From Sulfuritalea sp. (GTDB lineage: Bacteria > Pseudomonadota > Gammaproteobacteria > Burkholderiales > Rhodocyclaceae), in contig JBIJDJ010000001.1 in NCBI GenBank assembly GCA_044344175.1, positions 114 through 64,113 of the forward strand: DNA of 64,000 bases, written 5' to 3'. The position numbers were made by a program, and so were the translations under genes. A model generated the notes under the pieces. It ran no database searches. It saw nothing but the letters and a program-made list of their open reading frames with translations, and was not told the DNA's origin. Below, one piece after another: positions 10,418 through 19,817 of the stretch. Every line of letters begins with the position of its first letter. Positions within the stretch are counted from its first letter, which is position 1.

Positions 10418-11353
10418 TTACCAGAGATTGTCGCCGAATGCCGCGCGGTAACGCCCGGCAATGTCATCCCGCGTCAGCTTGTGGTTCTGGCCGCCACGGT
10501 GCGCGATCTTGATCGAGCCCATCAGCGATGCCAGCCGCCCGGTTTTCTCCCAGCCCCAGCCCTTGTCAATGCCGTAAAGCAGTCCGGCGCGGTAGGCATC
10601 GCCGCAGCCGGTCGGGTCTATCAGTGCATCCGGAGTGGCAACGGGGATCTCGATGCGGCGGCCCTTGCTGTAGATATGCGATCCGCTGCCTGCCAGAGTC
10701 ACGATCAGTGCCTCGACTTCGACGGCCAGTTGTTCCAGCGTGCGTCCGGTGCGCTCCGTCAGCAGCTTGGCTTCGTAGTCATTGACGGTGCAGTAGTCGG
10801 CAAGTTTCAGGAAAGCCATGAGCTCTCCGCCATCGAACATCGGCAGGCCCTGGCCGGGATCGAAAATGAAGGGGATGCCCGCCTCGCGAAACTCGCGCGC
10901 GTGCTGCAGCATGCCATCACGACCGTCGGGCGAGATGATGCCGAGGCCCACGTCATGGGCGTCGGTTACCTTGTTCCGGTGCGATTGTGTCATCGCTCCG
11001 GGATGGAAAGCGGTGATCTGGTTGTCATCAAGATCCGTGGTGATGAAGGCCTGTGCGGTAAAGGCACCGGGCACATCCTTGACGTGTGTCGCATCGAGCC
11101 CGAGTTGCTTGAGGCGGTGCATGTAGGGTGCGCTGTCGTCGCCGATGGTGGCCATGATCAGCGGCTCGCCGCCCAGCAGTTTGAGGTTGTAGGCGATGTT
11201 GCCGGCGCAGCCGCCGAACTCGCGCCGCATATCGGGCACGAGGAAGGCAACATTGAGGATGTGGATCTGCTCAGGCAGGATGTGGTTCTTGAAGCGGTCA
11301 CCGAATACCATGATGGTGTCGTAGGCTATGGATCCGCAGATAAGTGTCTTCAT
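10418..11353 (-). CDS. PfkB-family carbohydrate/nucleoside kinase
   Basis: GGCAGNIAY and DPTGCGDAYRAG. Confidence 0.9.
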   Translation of the reverse strand: MKTLICGSIAYDTIMVFGDRFKNHILPEQIHILNVAFLVPDMRREFGGCAGNIAYNLKLLGGEPLIMATIGDDSAPYMHRLKQLGLDATHVKDVPGAFTAQAFITTDLDDNQITAFHPGAMTQSHRNKVTDAHDVGLGIISPDGRDGMLQHAREFREAGIPFIFDPGQGLPMFDGGELMAFLKLADYCTVNDYEAKLLTERTGRTLEQLAVEVEALIVTLAGSGSHIYSKGRRIEIPVATPDALIDPTGCGDAYRAGLLYGIDKGWGWEKTGRLASLMGSIKIAHRGGQNHKLTRDDIAGRYRAAFGDNLW

Positions 11354-11368
11354 GCTGGCTTTCGCAGG

Positions 11369-12280
11369 TCAGGGATAGAAAAGATACAGCCGGTAGCCGC
11401 TGGCGGCGATCTCGCCGGAGTCGATGCCGATGGCGACCGGGATGTCCGCGTTGGGCTTCATGCCGTCGGCGATCAGGGCTGATGACGGCAGGTAGTCTGC
11501 AGGCGCCAGCACCTTGCGCGCGATGGCCTGGTCGGCCGTGTCGGTCAGCGTGAGTTCGAGATGCGGAAACTGCTGGGCGAAGGGCGCGCGGTTCTTCAGC
11601 GTCGCCGCCAGCACCAGGCGGCCCTTGTGCTCGCTGTCGGGATGAAGATCGGAGGCCTCGATGCCAACCAGCCCGACCTTTGCCGGCAGGCCGACTTCGC
11701 AATCGACAAACTCGCACAGGGCGACCAGTGCCGGCTTGCCCTCCGGCCACAGCACCACCAGTTCGACGCGAAACGCCAGCAACGCCTGCAGCACAATCGC
11801 GGCGAGCGCGACAAGGCTGCCGATCACCCATGGCCAGCGCCGTGGCGTTGGCGGCGGTTCGGGGAAGGTGCTGCTCCAGTCTTCTGTCGCGGCTTCCGCC
11901 GTCGCATCAGCCTCGGTGACTTCCGGTTCGGCGCTAGCGAGAGGCTCTGCGACGGGTTCGTCAGCTACCGGTCCGACTGCATCAGGTTCGACCGACTGGG
12001 GTTCGGTCGCTTCGGGTGGTTCCGGGATCGGCGCTTCCTGCGTCCCGGACTGCGATGCAGGGTGTTCTTCGAGTGCTTCCGGCACCGGCTCAAAAGTCGG
12101 CGCTGGCGGAACGGCGACTGCGGCCATCGGTGCCGCCATGACCACGGGTTCCTCGATCAGGCTGTCGAGGGCATTGAATACGTCCTGGCATTCGCCGCAG
12201 CGCACGCGTCCGCTGCGCGCCTTGAGTTGCTCCGGCGTGACGCGGAAATGGGTCGCGCAGGACGGGCAGCGGGTCAGCAC
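11369..12280 (-). CDS. zinc-ribbon and DUF3426 domain protein
   Basis: CPSC...CGEC zinc ribbon, Pro/Glu linker, TM helix, GYRLYLFYP C-terminus; usual position after prmA. Confidence 0.88.
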   Translation of the reverse strand: MLTRCPSCATHFRVTPEQLKARSGRVRCGECQDVFNALDSLIEEPVVMAAPMAAVAVPPAPTFEPVPEALEEHPASQSGTQEAPIPEPPEATEPQSVEPDAVGPVADEPVAEPLASAEPEVTEADATAEAATEDWSSTFPEPPPTPRRWPWVIGSLVALAAIVLQALLAFRVELVVLWPEGKPALVALCEFVDCEVGLPAKVGLVGIEASDLHPDSEHKGRLVLAATLKNRAPFAQQFPHLELTLTDTADQAIARKVLAPADYLPSSALIADGMKPNADIPVAIGIDSGEIAASGYRLYLFYP

Positions 12281-13185
12281 TGCCGACCCTCCAGCCGCAC
12301 CCAGCCATCGTGTTCCGCACCTACATGCAGCGCAATCAAGGGTGCATAGGCGGCGATGACCTGTTCCGCCTGAGCGGCCAGCACGCCGGACAGCGCAATG
12401 CGCCCGCCACGGGCGACGCGCCCGGCCAGCAGCGGCGCGAGGACGCAGAGCGGATTGGTGAGGATGTTGGCGACCACGATGTTGAAGCGTTCGTCCAGCG
12501 GTTCTTTCGAGTGGCGCAAGGCAAGCGTCACCTGGTTGTTGGCGGCATTGTCGCGGGCCGCGATCAGGGCATTGTCGTCGATATCGACTCCCAGCACCGA
12601 GGCCGCACCCAGCTTCGCTGCGGCAATGCCGAGGATGCCGGAACCGCAGCCGTAGTCGAGCAGGCTGAGTTGCGTCTCCCGGCTACCATGCAGGATTTCG
12701 CTCAGCCATTGCAGGCAAAGGAAAGTGGTCGGATGCGAGCCGGTGCCGAAGGCGAGGCCAGGGTCGAGCACCAGGTTGATGGCGCTCGCGTCGGGTGCGG
12801 CGTGCCAGGACGGCACGATCCATAGCCGGTCATTGACCCGGATCGGGGCGAATTGCGCCTGGGTGAGCCGCACCCAGTCCTGTTCCGCGACGTCTTCCAG
12901 TTCGATTTCGGGCAGGTCGTCGATGCCGGCTGCGACCGTGGCTGCGGCGATTCGTCCGATTAGGTCCGGCGCCGGGTCGAACAGCGCCACAATGCGGCTC
13001 TCGGCCCACAGGGGAACGATGGGCTGGTCGTTGGCGCCACCCGGTTCGCCGAATTGCGGCGTTTCTTCGTCGGTTCCCGCCTGCGCGTCTTCGACGCTGA
13101 CGGAAATCGCGCCGGCCGCGAGCAGGGCTTCGGAAAGCGAGTCCGCATGCGCGGCATCGGTCTCCAGGGCGACGCTGACCCACAT
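12274..13185 (-). CDS. prmA: ribosomal protein L11 methyltransferase
   Basis: DPGLAFGTGSHPTT and DYGCGSGIL. Confidence 0.95.
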   Translation of the reverse strand: MWVSVALETDAAHADSLSEALLAAGAISVSVEDAQAGTDEETPQFGEPGGANDQPIVPLWAESRIVALFDPAPDLIGRIAAATVAAGIDDLPEIELEDVAEQDWVRLTQAQFAPIRVNDRLWIVPSWHAAPDASAINLVLDPGLAFGTGSHPTTFLCLQWLSEILHGSRETQLSLLDYGCGSGILGIAAAKLGAASVLGVDIDDNALIAARDNAANNQVTLALRHSKEPLDERFNIVVANILTNPLCVLAPLLAGRVARGGRIALSGVLAAQAEQVIAAYAPLIALHVGAEHDGWVRLEGRQC

Positions 13186-13189
13186 CCGG

Positions 13190-14557
13190 CTACTTGCCCT
13201 TCAGTGCATCGCTCTTGGCGGCGAGCTTTTCTTCGAGGTAGTGAATGCTGGTGCCGCCCTTGATGAAGCGCGGGTCCAGCATCAGGTCCTGGTGCAGCGG
13301 GATATTGGTCTTGATGCCATCCACCATCATTTCCGACAGGGCGATCCGCATCCGCTTGATGGCCTGTTCACGGGTGTCGCCGTAAGCAATCACTTTGCCG
13401 ATCATCGAGTCGTAGTGGGGCGGCACGGTGTAGCCGGAGTAGGCGTGGGAATCGACGCGAATGCCCGGGCCCCCGGGGGGGTGCCAGTTGGTGATCTTGC
13501 CGGGTGACGGCGTGAACTTGAAGGGGTCCTCGGCATTGATGCGGCACTCGACCGCGTGGCCGCGGAATTCGATGTCGCGCTGCTTGAACCAGAGCTTCTC
13601 ACCGGCGGCGATGCGGATCTGCGCCTGGACAATGTCGATGCCGGTGATCAGTTCGGTGACCGGGTGCTCGACCTGGACGCGGGTGTTCATCTCGATGAAA
13701 TAGAACTCGCCGTTTTCAAAGAGGAACTCGAAGGTGCCGGCGCCGCGGTAATTGATGCGGCGGCAGGCCTCGGCGCAGCGGTCGCCGACGCGGGCGATGA
13801 CGCGGCGGTTGATGTCGGGCGCCGGGGCTTCCTCGATCACCTTTTGGTGGCGGCGCTGCATCGAGCAGTCGCGCTCGCCCAGGTAGACCGAGTTGCGATG
13901 GGCGTCGGACAGCACCTGGATTTCCACGTGACGCGGATTTTCGAGGAACTTCTCCATGTACACCGTGGAGTTGTTGAAGGCGGCACCAGCCTCGGCGCGG
14001 GTCATGTTGACCGCGTTGAGCAGCGCGGCTTCGGTGTGCACCACACGCATACCGCGCCCGCCGCCGCCGCCGGCGGCCTTGATGATCACCGGATAGCCGA
14101 CGGCGCGGCCGATCTTGACGATTTCCTTCGGGTCATCAGGCAGCGCGCCTTCGGAACCGGGGACGCAGGGCACCCCGGCTTCACGCATGGCATTCTTGGC
14201 GCTGACCTTGTCGCCCATCAGGCGGATGGTTTCCGGGCGCGGACCGATGAAGGCAAAGCCCGACTTTTCGACCCGCTCGCCGAAATCGGCATTTTCCGAG
14301 AGGAAGCCGTAGCCGGGGTGGATGGCCTCGGCATCGGTGACTTCGGCCGCGGAAATGATCGCGGGGATGTTGAGGTAACTCTGCGCCGACGGCGCCGGCC
14401 CGATGCAGACCGATTCGTCGGCGAGCTTGACGTATTTCGCTTCGGTATCGGCTTCGGAATGCACGGCAACCGTGCGTACGCCAAGCTCGCGGCAGGCACG
14501 CAGGATGCGCAGGGCTATCTCCCCGCGATTGGCGATAAGAACCTTACCGAACATCAT
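13190..14557 (-). CDS. accC: acetyl-CoA carboxylase biotin carboxylase
   Basis: [17 protein letters not shown] and [10 protein letters not shown]; start at 14557 or 14554. Confidence 0.96.
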   Translation of the reverse strand: MMFGKVLIANRGEIALRILRACRELGVRTVAVHSEADTEAKYVKLADESVCIGPAPSAQSYLNIPAIISAAEVTDAEAIHPGYGFLSENADFGERVEKSGFAFIGPRPETIRLMGDKVSAKNAMREAGVPCVPGSEGALPDDPKEIVKIGRAVGYPVIIKAAGGGGGRGMRVVHTEAALLNAVNMTRAEAGAAFNNSTVYMEKFLENPRHVEIQVLSDAHRNSVYLGERDCSMQRRHQKVIEEAPAPDINRRVIARVGDRCAEACRRINYRGAGTFEFLFENGEFYFIEMNTRVQVEHPVTELITGIDIVQAQIRIAAGEKLWFKQRDIEFRGHAVECRINAEDPFKFTPSPGKITNWHPPGGPGIRVDSHAYSGYTVPPHYDSMIGKVIAYGDTREQAIKRMRIALSEMMVDGIKTNIPLHQDLMLDPRFIKGGTSIHYLEEKLAAKSDALKGK

Positions 14558-14665
14558 GCCTCCGCAGGGCCGCCCCAAGGGGGCATGCGTTGTTGAACCG
14601 GACGCAGCAAAGCTGCGGAACCATCGCCACCCCTTTCCTCGGGAAAGGGGATGGGGGATAGGTCT
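14558..14665 (+). repeat. family-1 structured repeat, copy A (accB-accC junction, antisense to the genes)
   Basis: GGCCGCCCCAAG motif, GCAGC-AAA-GCTGC hairpin, CCCCTTTCC-TCG-GGAAAGGGG hairpin and G-rich tail; homologous to copies at 33.3, 34.0 and 56.9 kb. Confidence 0.75.
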
Positions 14666-14671
14666 TCATGC

Positions 14672-15130
14672 TCAGCCGATCACGAACATGGGCTGTCCGT
14701 ACTCCACGGCCTGGCCGTTTTCAACCTGGATGGCCTTGATCACGCCGGAAATGTCGGCTTCGATCTCGTTCATCAGTTTCATCGCCTCGATGACGCACAG
14801 GGTGTCGCCGGCCTTGACGGTCTGACCGACCTCGACGAAGGGCGAGGCGTCCGGGCTGCTGGCGCGATAGAAGGTGCCCACCATCGGCGCTTTCATGATG
14901 TGGCCCTCGAACTGGACAGGAACGACCTCCGCAGCAGAAGTCGGCGCCGGCGCCACGGCGAGCGGGCCGGTCGCCGCGGCCGTCAGCGGCATGTTGACTG
15001 TGGTGGTGGCCGGCGCCGCCGTGAAATGCTTGGCGATGCGGATTTTTTCTTCGCCTTCGCTGATCTCGAGCTCCGAAATGCCGGAGTTCTGCACGAGGTC
15101 GATCAGGGTCTTGAGCTTTCTCAGGTCCAT
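14672..15130 (-). CDS. accB: biotin carboxyl carrier protein
   Basis: [13 protein letters not shown] and [10 protein letters not shown] biotinylation motif. Confidence 0.96.
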   Translation of the reverse strand: MDLRKLKTLIDLVQNSGISELEISEGEEKIRIAKHFTAAPATTTVNMPLTAAATGPLAVAPAPTSAAEVVPVQFEGHIMKAPMVGTFYRASSPDASPFVEVGQTVKAGDTLCVIEAMKLMNEIEADISGVIKAIQVENGQAVEYGQPMFVIG

Positions 15131-15184
15131 GGGGACTCCTAAAACGAGGAAACAGCGGCCGTGGCCGCCGCAATTTCAGATGGG

Positions 15185-15673
15185 TCAGGCGACGCGCAAG
15201 CGCGCCAATGCCGCTTCCAGAGCCAGTTCGTAGCCTTGCGCGCCAAGACCGGAGATAACGCCGACGGCGATATCCGAAAAATACGAGTGACGGCGGAAGG
15301 TTTCCCGCGCCTGCACATTCGACAGATGGACTTCTATGAACGGTATGGCGACGGCCGCCAATGCATCGCGCAAGGCAACACTGGTATGGGTATACCCCGC
15401 CGGGTTGATGATGATGAAGCGCACGCCCTGTTCGCGGGCTGACTGCACCCGATCGATCAGTTCGCCTTCGTGGTTGCTCTGGAAACTCTCGAGCCGGATG
15501 CCGAAGGCACGGGCGCGTGCTTCCATGGCGGTGTGAATCGTGGCGAGCGTGGTGCGGCCATAAATCTCCGGCTCGCGGGTCCCCAGCAGGTTCAGATTCG
15601 GGCCGTGGAGTACCAGAACAGCATCGTTCGACCCTTGGCCGGCATTTGCTTTAGTGCGTGTTTGCTTCGTCAT
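15185..15673 (-). CDS. aroQ: type II 3-dehydroquinate dehydratase
   Basis: [13 protein letters not shown] and EVHLSN. Confidence 0.95.
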   Translation of the reverse strand: MTKQTRTKANAGQGSNDAVLVLHGPNLNLLGTREPEIYGRTTLATIHTAMEARARAFGIRLESFQSNHEGELIDRVQSAREQGVRFIIINPAGYTHTSVALRDALAAVAIPFIEVHLSNVQARETFRRHSYFSDIAVGVISGLGAQGYELALEAALARLRVA

Positions 15674-15711
15674 GGGTGCAAGTTTGCCGCAAATGACCGC
15701 ACTTTGTCCAG

Positions 15712-16251
15712 TTACCGTGAAATCAGTTCAGTCAGTTGCCGTTCCAGTTCAGGCTCGGACAAGCGTCCCAGTTTGGTTGCAGAGAGACTGCCTTCACGGT
15801 CAAACACTGCCGTGAAAGGCAATGCCTGGCGGACGTTGCCCAGCTTGGCGCTGTTCTCCATGATGCTGATGTCACCGATCAACAAGGGATAAGTCACCGG
15901 GGTTGTTTTCTGAAATTCGATGATTTTGTCTACAGTATCGATGCTGATGCCTACAAATTGAACGCCTTTGTCGCGATATTTGTCCTGCAGGCGGGAAAAC
16001 CCGGGCATCTCCTCGCGGCAGGGATGACACCAAGTAGCCCAATAGTTGACGATCAGCACTTTGCCGCGCCATTGGCCGAAGCTTTGCGTTTTCCCGGTCA
16101 GATCGGCTAGTGCCAGTTCAAAAATCGGCAGTGCCGGGGCCGTCGTGGTTGCAGTCCTGGCACTTTTTCCTACTACACCAAGTTGATAGCCGGCCACTGC
16201 GGCAAGCAGGGTGATGCCGCCGAGCGCCGGCCAGAGTATGGAACGCTTCAT
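15712..16251 (-). CDS. TlpA-family thiol:disulfide oxidoreductase
   Basis: N-terminal anchor; [15 protein letters not shown]. Confidence 0.9.
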   Translation of the reverse strand: MKRSILWPALGGITLLAAVAGYQLGVVGKSARTATTTAPALPIFELALADLTGKTQSFGQWRGKVLIVNYWATWCHPCREEMPGFSRLQDKYRDKGVQFVGISIDTVDKIIEFQKTTPVTYPLLIGDISIMENSAKLGNVRQALPFTAVFDREGSLSATKLGRLSEPELERQLTELISR

Positions 16252-16853
16252 TTGGATGTTTCGCGCAGCAGTTCGAGCACAGCCTCGGCGCGGACTCGTT
16301 GGCGACTGCGTCCGCCATGGGAATTCTTCGGTTGCTGACGCTCGGCGACCGGAGGGTATACCGAGATCAATACCGGAAAATCATTCCAGTCCAGACGTAA
16401 CTGGGAATCAGCGCCAATTCGCCGGTTATCCATCGTATCGTAGGAGATGCCGTGAGATAACAGCGCAATCTCTACATCTTTACTGCTGTCAGCATATAAA
16501 TCCAGCTCCACGGCGGAGTAGCGACCGGCGGTGCCATCCAGCGCACCACCGGTGAGGTAGGGATGGAATTCGGCCAGCAACTGCATCACTTCAAGGGCTG
16601 TCGCCCGCAAGTCATGGACGCGCTCACCCTGCTCGTCTTCCTGGTAGAGCGATTGCCAGGCGCGCAGCTCGATCTCGACCTCTTCGTTGGTCGGCAGCGC
16701 TGCTCCTTCCGCGGCACCCAGGCTGCGCGCCGCCTTGCGTTTCGCGGCCCCGTAGTCGCTGATCCCTTCTTCCGCCATGAGGCGTGCCGCCGCGCCGGCG
16801 ATGGCGCGACGCAGGTGGCTGGAGGCTGAAGGGGCAAGCTTGCGGCGTGGCAT
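16248..16853 (-). CDS. conserved hypothetical protein, possible nucleotidyltransferase-like fold
   Basis: AARLMAEEGISDYGAAKRKAA and LTGGALDGTAGRYSAVELDLY; ATGA overlap with tlpA. Confidence 0.7.
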   Translation of the reverse strand: MPRRKLAPSASSHLRRAIAGAAARLMAEEGISDYGAAKRKAARSLGAAEGAALPTNEEVEIELRAWQSLYQEDEQGERVHDLRATALEVMQLLAEFHPYLTGGALDGTAGRYSAVELDLYADSSKDVEIALLSHGISYDTMDNRRIGADSQLRLDWNDFPVLISVYPPVAERQQPKNSHGGRSRQRVRAEAVLELLRETSK

Positions 16854-16971
16854 GGCGCGGATTGGCGTAGTTCGGCAAATGCGGCTGGCGGTTGTTTGCG
16901 GCGCCTTCAGGGTGGCGGACGGTATCCCCTGGCGGGATAGAATCCGCTTCATTATTTCACGGAACGGCGAC

Positions 16972-18330
16972 ATGCATATCCACATCCTCGGCATTTGCGG
17001 CACTTTCATGGGCGGTATCGCCCTGTTGGCGCGTGCCGCGGGACATCGCGTTACCGGCTGCGACGCCAATGTCTATCCGCCGATGAGCATCCAACTCGGC
17101 GCACAGGGCATCGACCTGGTCGAAGGTTATGGTTCCGACCAGGTCGCGCTGAACCCGGATCTGTTTGTCATCGGCAACGCCATATCACGCGGCAATCCCT
17201 TGCTGGAAGCCATTCTTGAGCGCAATCTGCCCTATGTTTCCGGCCCGCAATGGCTGGCGGGGAACATTCTGCGCGGCCGCTGGGTGCTTGGCGTGGCGGG
17301 AACGCACGGCAAGACGACCACTACGTCGCTTCTGGCGTGGATTCTTGAAGAGGCTGGGTTGGCTCCGTCTTTTCTGGTCGGCGGAGTGCCGCAAGGCTTC
17401 GGCGTTTCGGCCCGATTGACCGATTCGCCCTTCTTCGTCATCGAGGCCGACGAGTACGATAGCGCCTTCTGCGACAAGCGCTCCAAGTTCGTGCATTACC
17501 AGCCACGGACGGTGATCCTGAACAATCTGGAGTTCGATCATGCCGACATCTTCGTCGATCTTGCTGCTATCGAGACCCAATTCCATCATTTGGTGAGAAC
17601 TTTGCCGGGGAATGGCCTGATTGTCGCCAATGCTCGGGAGGAGTCGTTGCGGCGCGTGCTGTCCCGTGGCTGCTGGACTCCCGTTGAATGGTTCAATGGG
17701 GCGGAGGGTTGGCAGGCCGGCGAGTCCGACGCTTCGGGAGGCTTTGAAGTAAGCCTGGCCGGCAAGTCCCAGGGCCGGGTGAATCGCTTCGACCTGGCGG
17801 GCGCCCACAACCGGGCCAATGCCGTGGCGGCGCTGGCGGCCGCGAGGCATGCCGGCGTCCCGGTGGCTGTCGGCCTCAAGGCACTGGAAAGCTTCAGCGG
17901 CATCAAGCGGCGACTGGAGACGCGCGGCACCGTGCGCGGGGTCACCGTCCTCGACGATTTCGCCCACCATCCGACGGCAATCCGCGTCACGCTGGAAGGC
18001 CTGCGCCAGAAGCTTGGATCTGCCCGCATTCTGGCGGTGCTGGAGCCGCGTTCCAACACCATGAAACTCGGCGTGATGAACGAGCAATTGCCCGGCAGCC
18101 TGGTCGAGGCCGATGCGGTGTTCTGTTATGCCAACCAGCTGGGTTGGGATGCCGCGCAGGCTTTGGCGCCGCTGGGCGAGCGGGCGCGGGTTTTCGCCGA
18201 CCTGGGCGAATTGGTCGCCGCCGTGGCTGCAGCCGCATACAGCGGGGATCACGTGCTGGTGATGAGCAATGGAGGTTTTGGCGGGGTTCATGACAAGCTG
18301 CTGGCCGCGCTGGCGGCCCGATCCTCATAG
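16972..18330 (+). CDS. mpl: murein tripeptide ligase
   Basis: MHIHILGICGTFMGG, GTHGKTTT and DDFAHHPTAI. Confidence 0.95.
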   Translation: MHIHILGICGTFMGGIALLARAAGHRVTGCDANVYPPMSIQLGAQGIDLVEGYGSDQVALNPDLFVIGNAISRGNPLLEAILERNLPYVSGPQWLAGNILRGRWVLGVAGTHGKTTTTSLLAWILEEAGLAPSFLVGGVPQGFGVSARLTDSPFFVIEADEYDSAFCDKRSKFVHYQPRTVILNNLEFDHADIFVDLAAIETQFHHLVRTLPGNGLIVANAREESLRRVLSRGCWTPVEWFNGAEGWQAGESDASGGFEVSLAGKSQGRVNRFDLAGAHNRANAVAALAAARHAGVPVAVGLKALESFSGIKRRLETRGTVRGVTVLDDFAHHPTAIRVTLEGLRQKLGSARILAVLEPRSNTMKLGVMNEQLPGSLVEADAVFCYANQLGWDAAQALAPLGERARVFADLGELVAAVAAAAYSGDHVLVMSNGGFGGVHDKLLAALAARSS

Positions 18331-18463
18331 GTAAGTGGAATTCACTACCCGCTCCTTGCGCCCTGCAAGAAGACATCCGTTACCGAGAAAAAGCCGGCAG
18401 GCGTGAGGCATGCCACCCGATTGTGCAATGCACATCGTTTATACCAATAATTTCACATCTAAA

Positions 18464-18477
18464 TTGATTCAGATCAA
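18464..18477. promoter_or_regulatory. FNR/Anr-family binding box upstream of the cox operon
   Basis: perfect TTGAT-TCAG-ATCAA in AT-rich intergenic DNA. Confidence 0.8.
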
Positions 18478-18616
18478 AAGGACTGTGTTAACCTTCGGGC
18501 CTGTTGAGAAACAGGAACGGGGTTCGCGCGGGTTCTTTTTGGCAGATATTCGAACACGCCAGCAACTCGCGCCAACGCTTTGCCGCGTGGCGCGCAACTG
18601 GCGCGGAGGGGGAGAG

Positions 18617-19786
18617 ATGGTACGACACACAAATCACAATGGTGACGCCGGCCGCTTGCCGTTCGGCCCTGCGGGACTGATGCTGGCGGGATTGCTCGGC
18701 CTGTTCAGCAGCGCAGTGAACGCCGCCTGGGAACTCAATCTGCAGATGCCAGTTACCGCCCTGGCGCGCCGTGTCTACGACCTGCACACCCTCCTGACGT
18801 GGGTTATTTTCATCATTTTCGTCGGTGTCTTTGCCGTCGTTACCTGGTCCCTCATTTTTCATCGCAAGTCCATCGGGCACAAGGCGGCCGATTTTCACGA
18901 CAACACCGCGGTCGAGATTGCTTGGACCATCGTGCCGACGCTGGTCCTGATCGCCATCGCCTTCCCGGCGACCTCGACCCTGGTGGAAATGCGCGACAGC
19001 TCACAGCCCGACCTGACGATCAAGGCTACCGGATACCAGTGGAAGTGGGGTTACGAGTACGTCACCGGCGATGCCGCCGGGGTCAAGTTCATGAGCGTGC
19101 TGTCCACGCCCCGCGAGCAGATCGAAAACAAGACACCCAAGGGCGAGCATTATCTGCTGGAGGTCGATCACCCGCTGGTGGTGCCGGTCGGCAAGAAGGT
19201 GCGCATGCTGCTCACGGCCACCGATGTGATTCACAACTGGTCGGTGCCGGCATTTGCGGTCAAGACCGATGCGGTGCCGGGGTTCCTGCGCGACACCTGG
19301 TTCCGTGCCGAGAAGGAAGGCACCTACCGCGGTCAGTGCTCGGAACTCTGCGGCAAGGACCACGGTTTCATGCCGGTGGTGGTCGAGGTGGTATCCGCTG
19401 AGAAGTACGCGGCCTGGGTTGCGGAACAAAAGAAGACAATGGCTGCAAGCGCCGACGATCCCGCCAAGGTCTGGAAGATGGATGAGCTGATGGCTCGTGG
19501 TGAAAAGGTCTATACCGCCAACTGTGCGGCCTGCCACCAGCCGACCGGCGCCGGTCTGCCGCCCGTATTCCCCGCGCTCGACGGTTCGAAGATCGCGAGG
19601 GGGCCGAAGGCGGCTCACCTCGATATCGTCATGAAGGGCAAGCCGGGCACTGCGATGGCAGCCTTTGGCACCCAGTTGAGCGACACCGACATTGCGGCCG
19701 TTGTAGCCTACGAACGCAACGCTTGGACCAACAAGCTCGGCGAGCTGATTCAACCCGCCGAAGTCAAGGCACTTCGCGGCAAGTAA
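18617..19786 (+). CDS. coxB: cytochrome c oxidase subunit II with C-terminal cytochrome c domain
   Basis: CuA motif DVIH...CSELCGKDHGFM; CAACH heme c motif; GGAGAG RBS. Confidence 0.93.
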   Translation: MVRHTNHNGDAGRLPFGPAGLMLAGLLGLFSSAVNAAWELNLQMPVTALARRVYDLHTLLTWVIFIIFVGVFAVVTWSLIFHRKSIGHKAADFHDNTAVEIAWTIVPTLVLIAIAFPATSTLVEMRDSSQPDLTIKATGYQWKWGYEYVTGDAAGVKFMSVLSTPREQIENKTPKGEHYLLEVDHPLVVPVGKKVRMLLTATDVIHNWSVPAFAVKTDAVPGFLRDTWFRAEKEGTYRGQCSELCGKDHGFMPVVVEVVSAEKYAAWVAEQKKTMAASADDPAKVWKMDELMARGEKVYTANCAACHQPTGAGLPPVFPALDGSKIARGPKAAHLDIVMKGKPGTAMAAFGTQLSDTDIAAVVAYERNAWTNKLGELIQPAEVKALRGK

Positions 19787-19817
19787 TCGCGCCACCGGCC
19801 TTCAGGAGAATCTGATT

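Noticed and set aside
19480-19786. Cytochrome c fusion on CoxB as a novelty
   Set aside because: Common in beta- and gammaproteobacterial subunit II proteins
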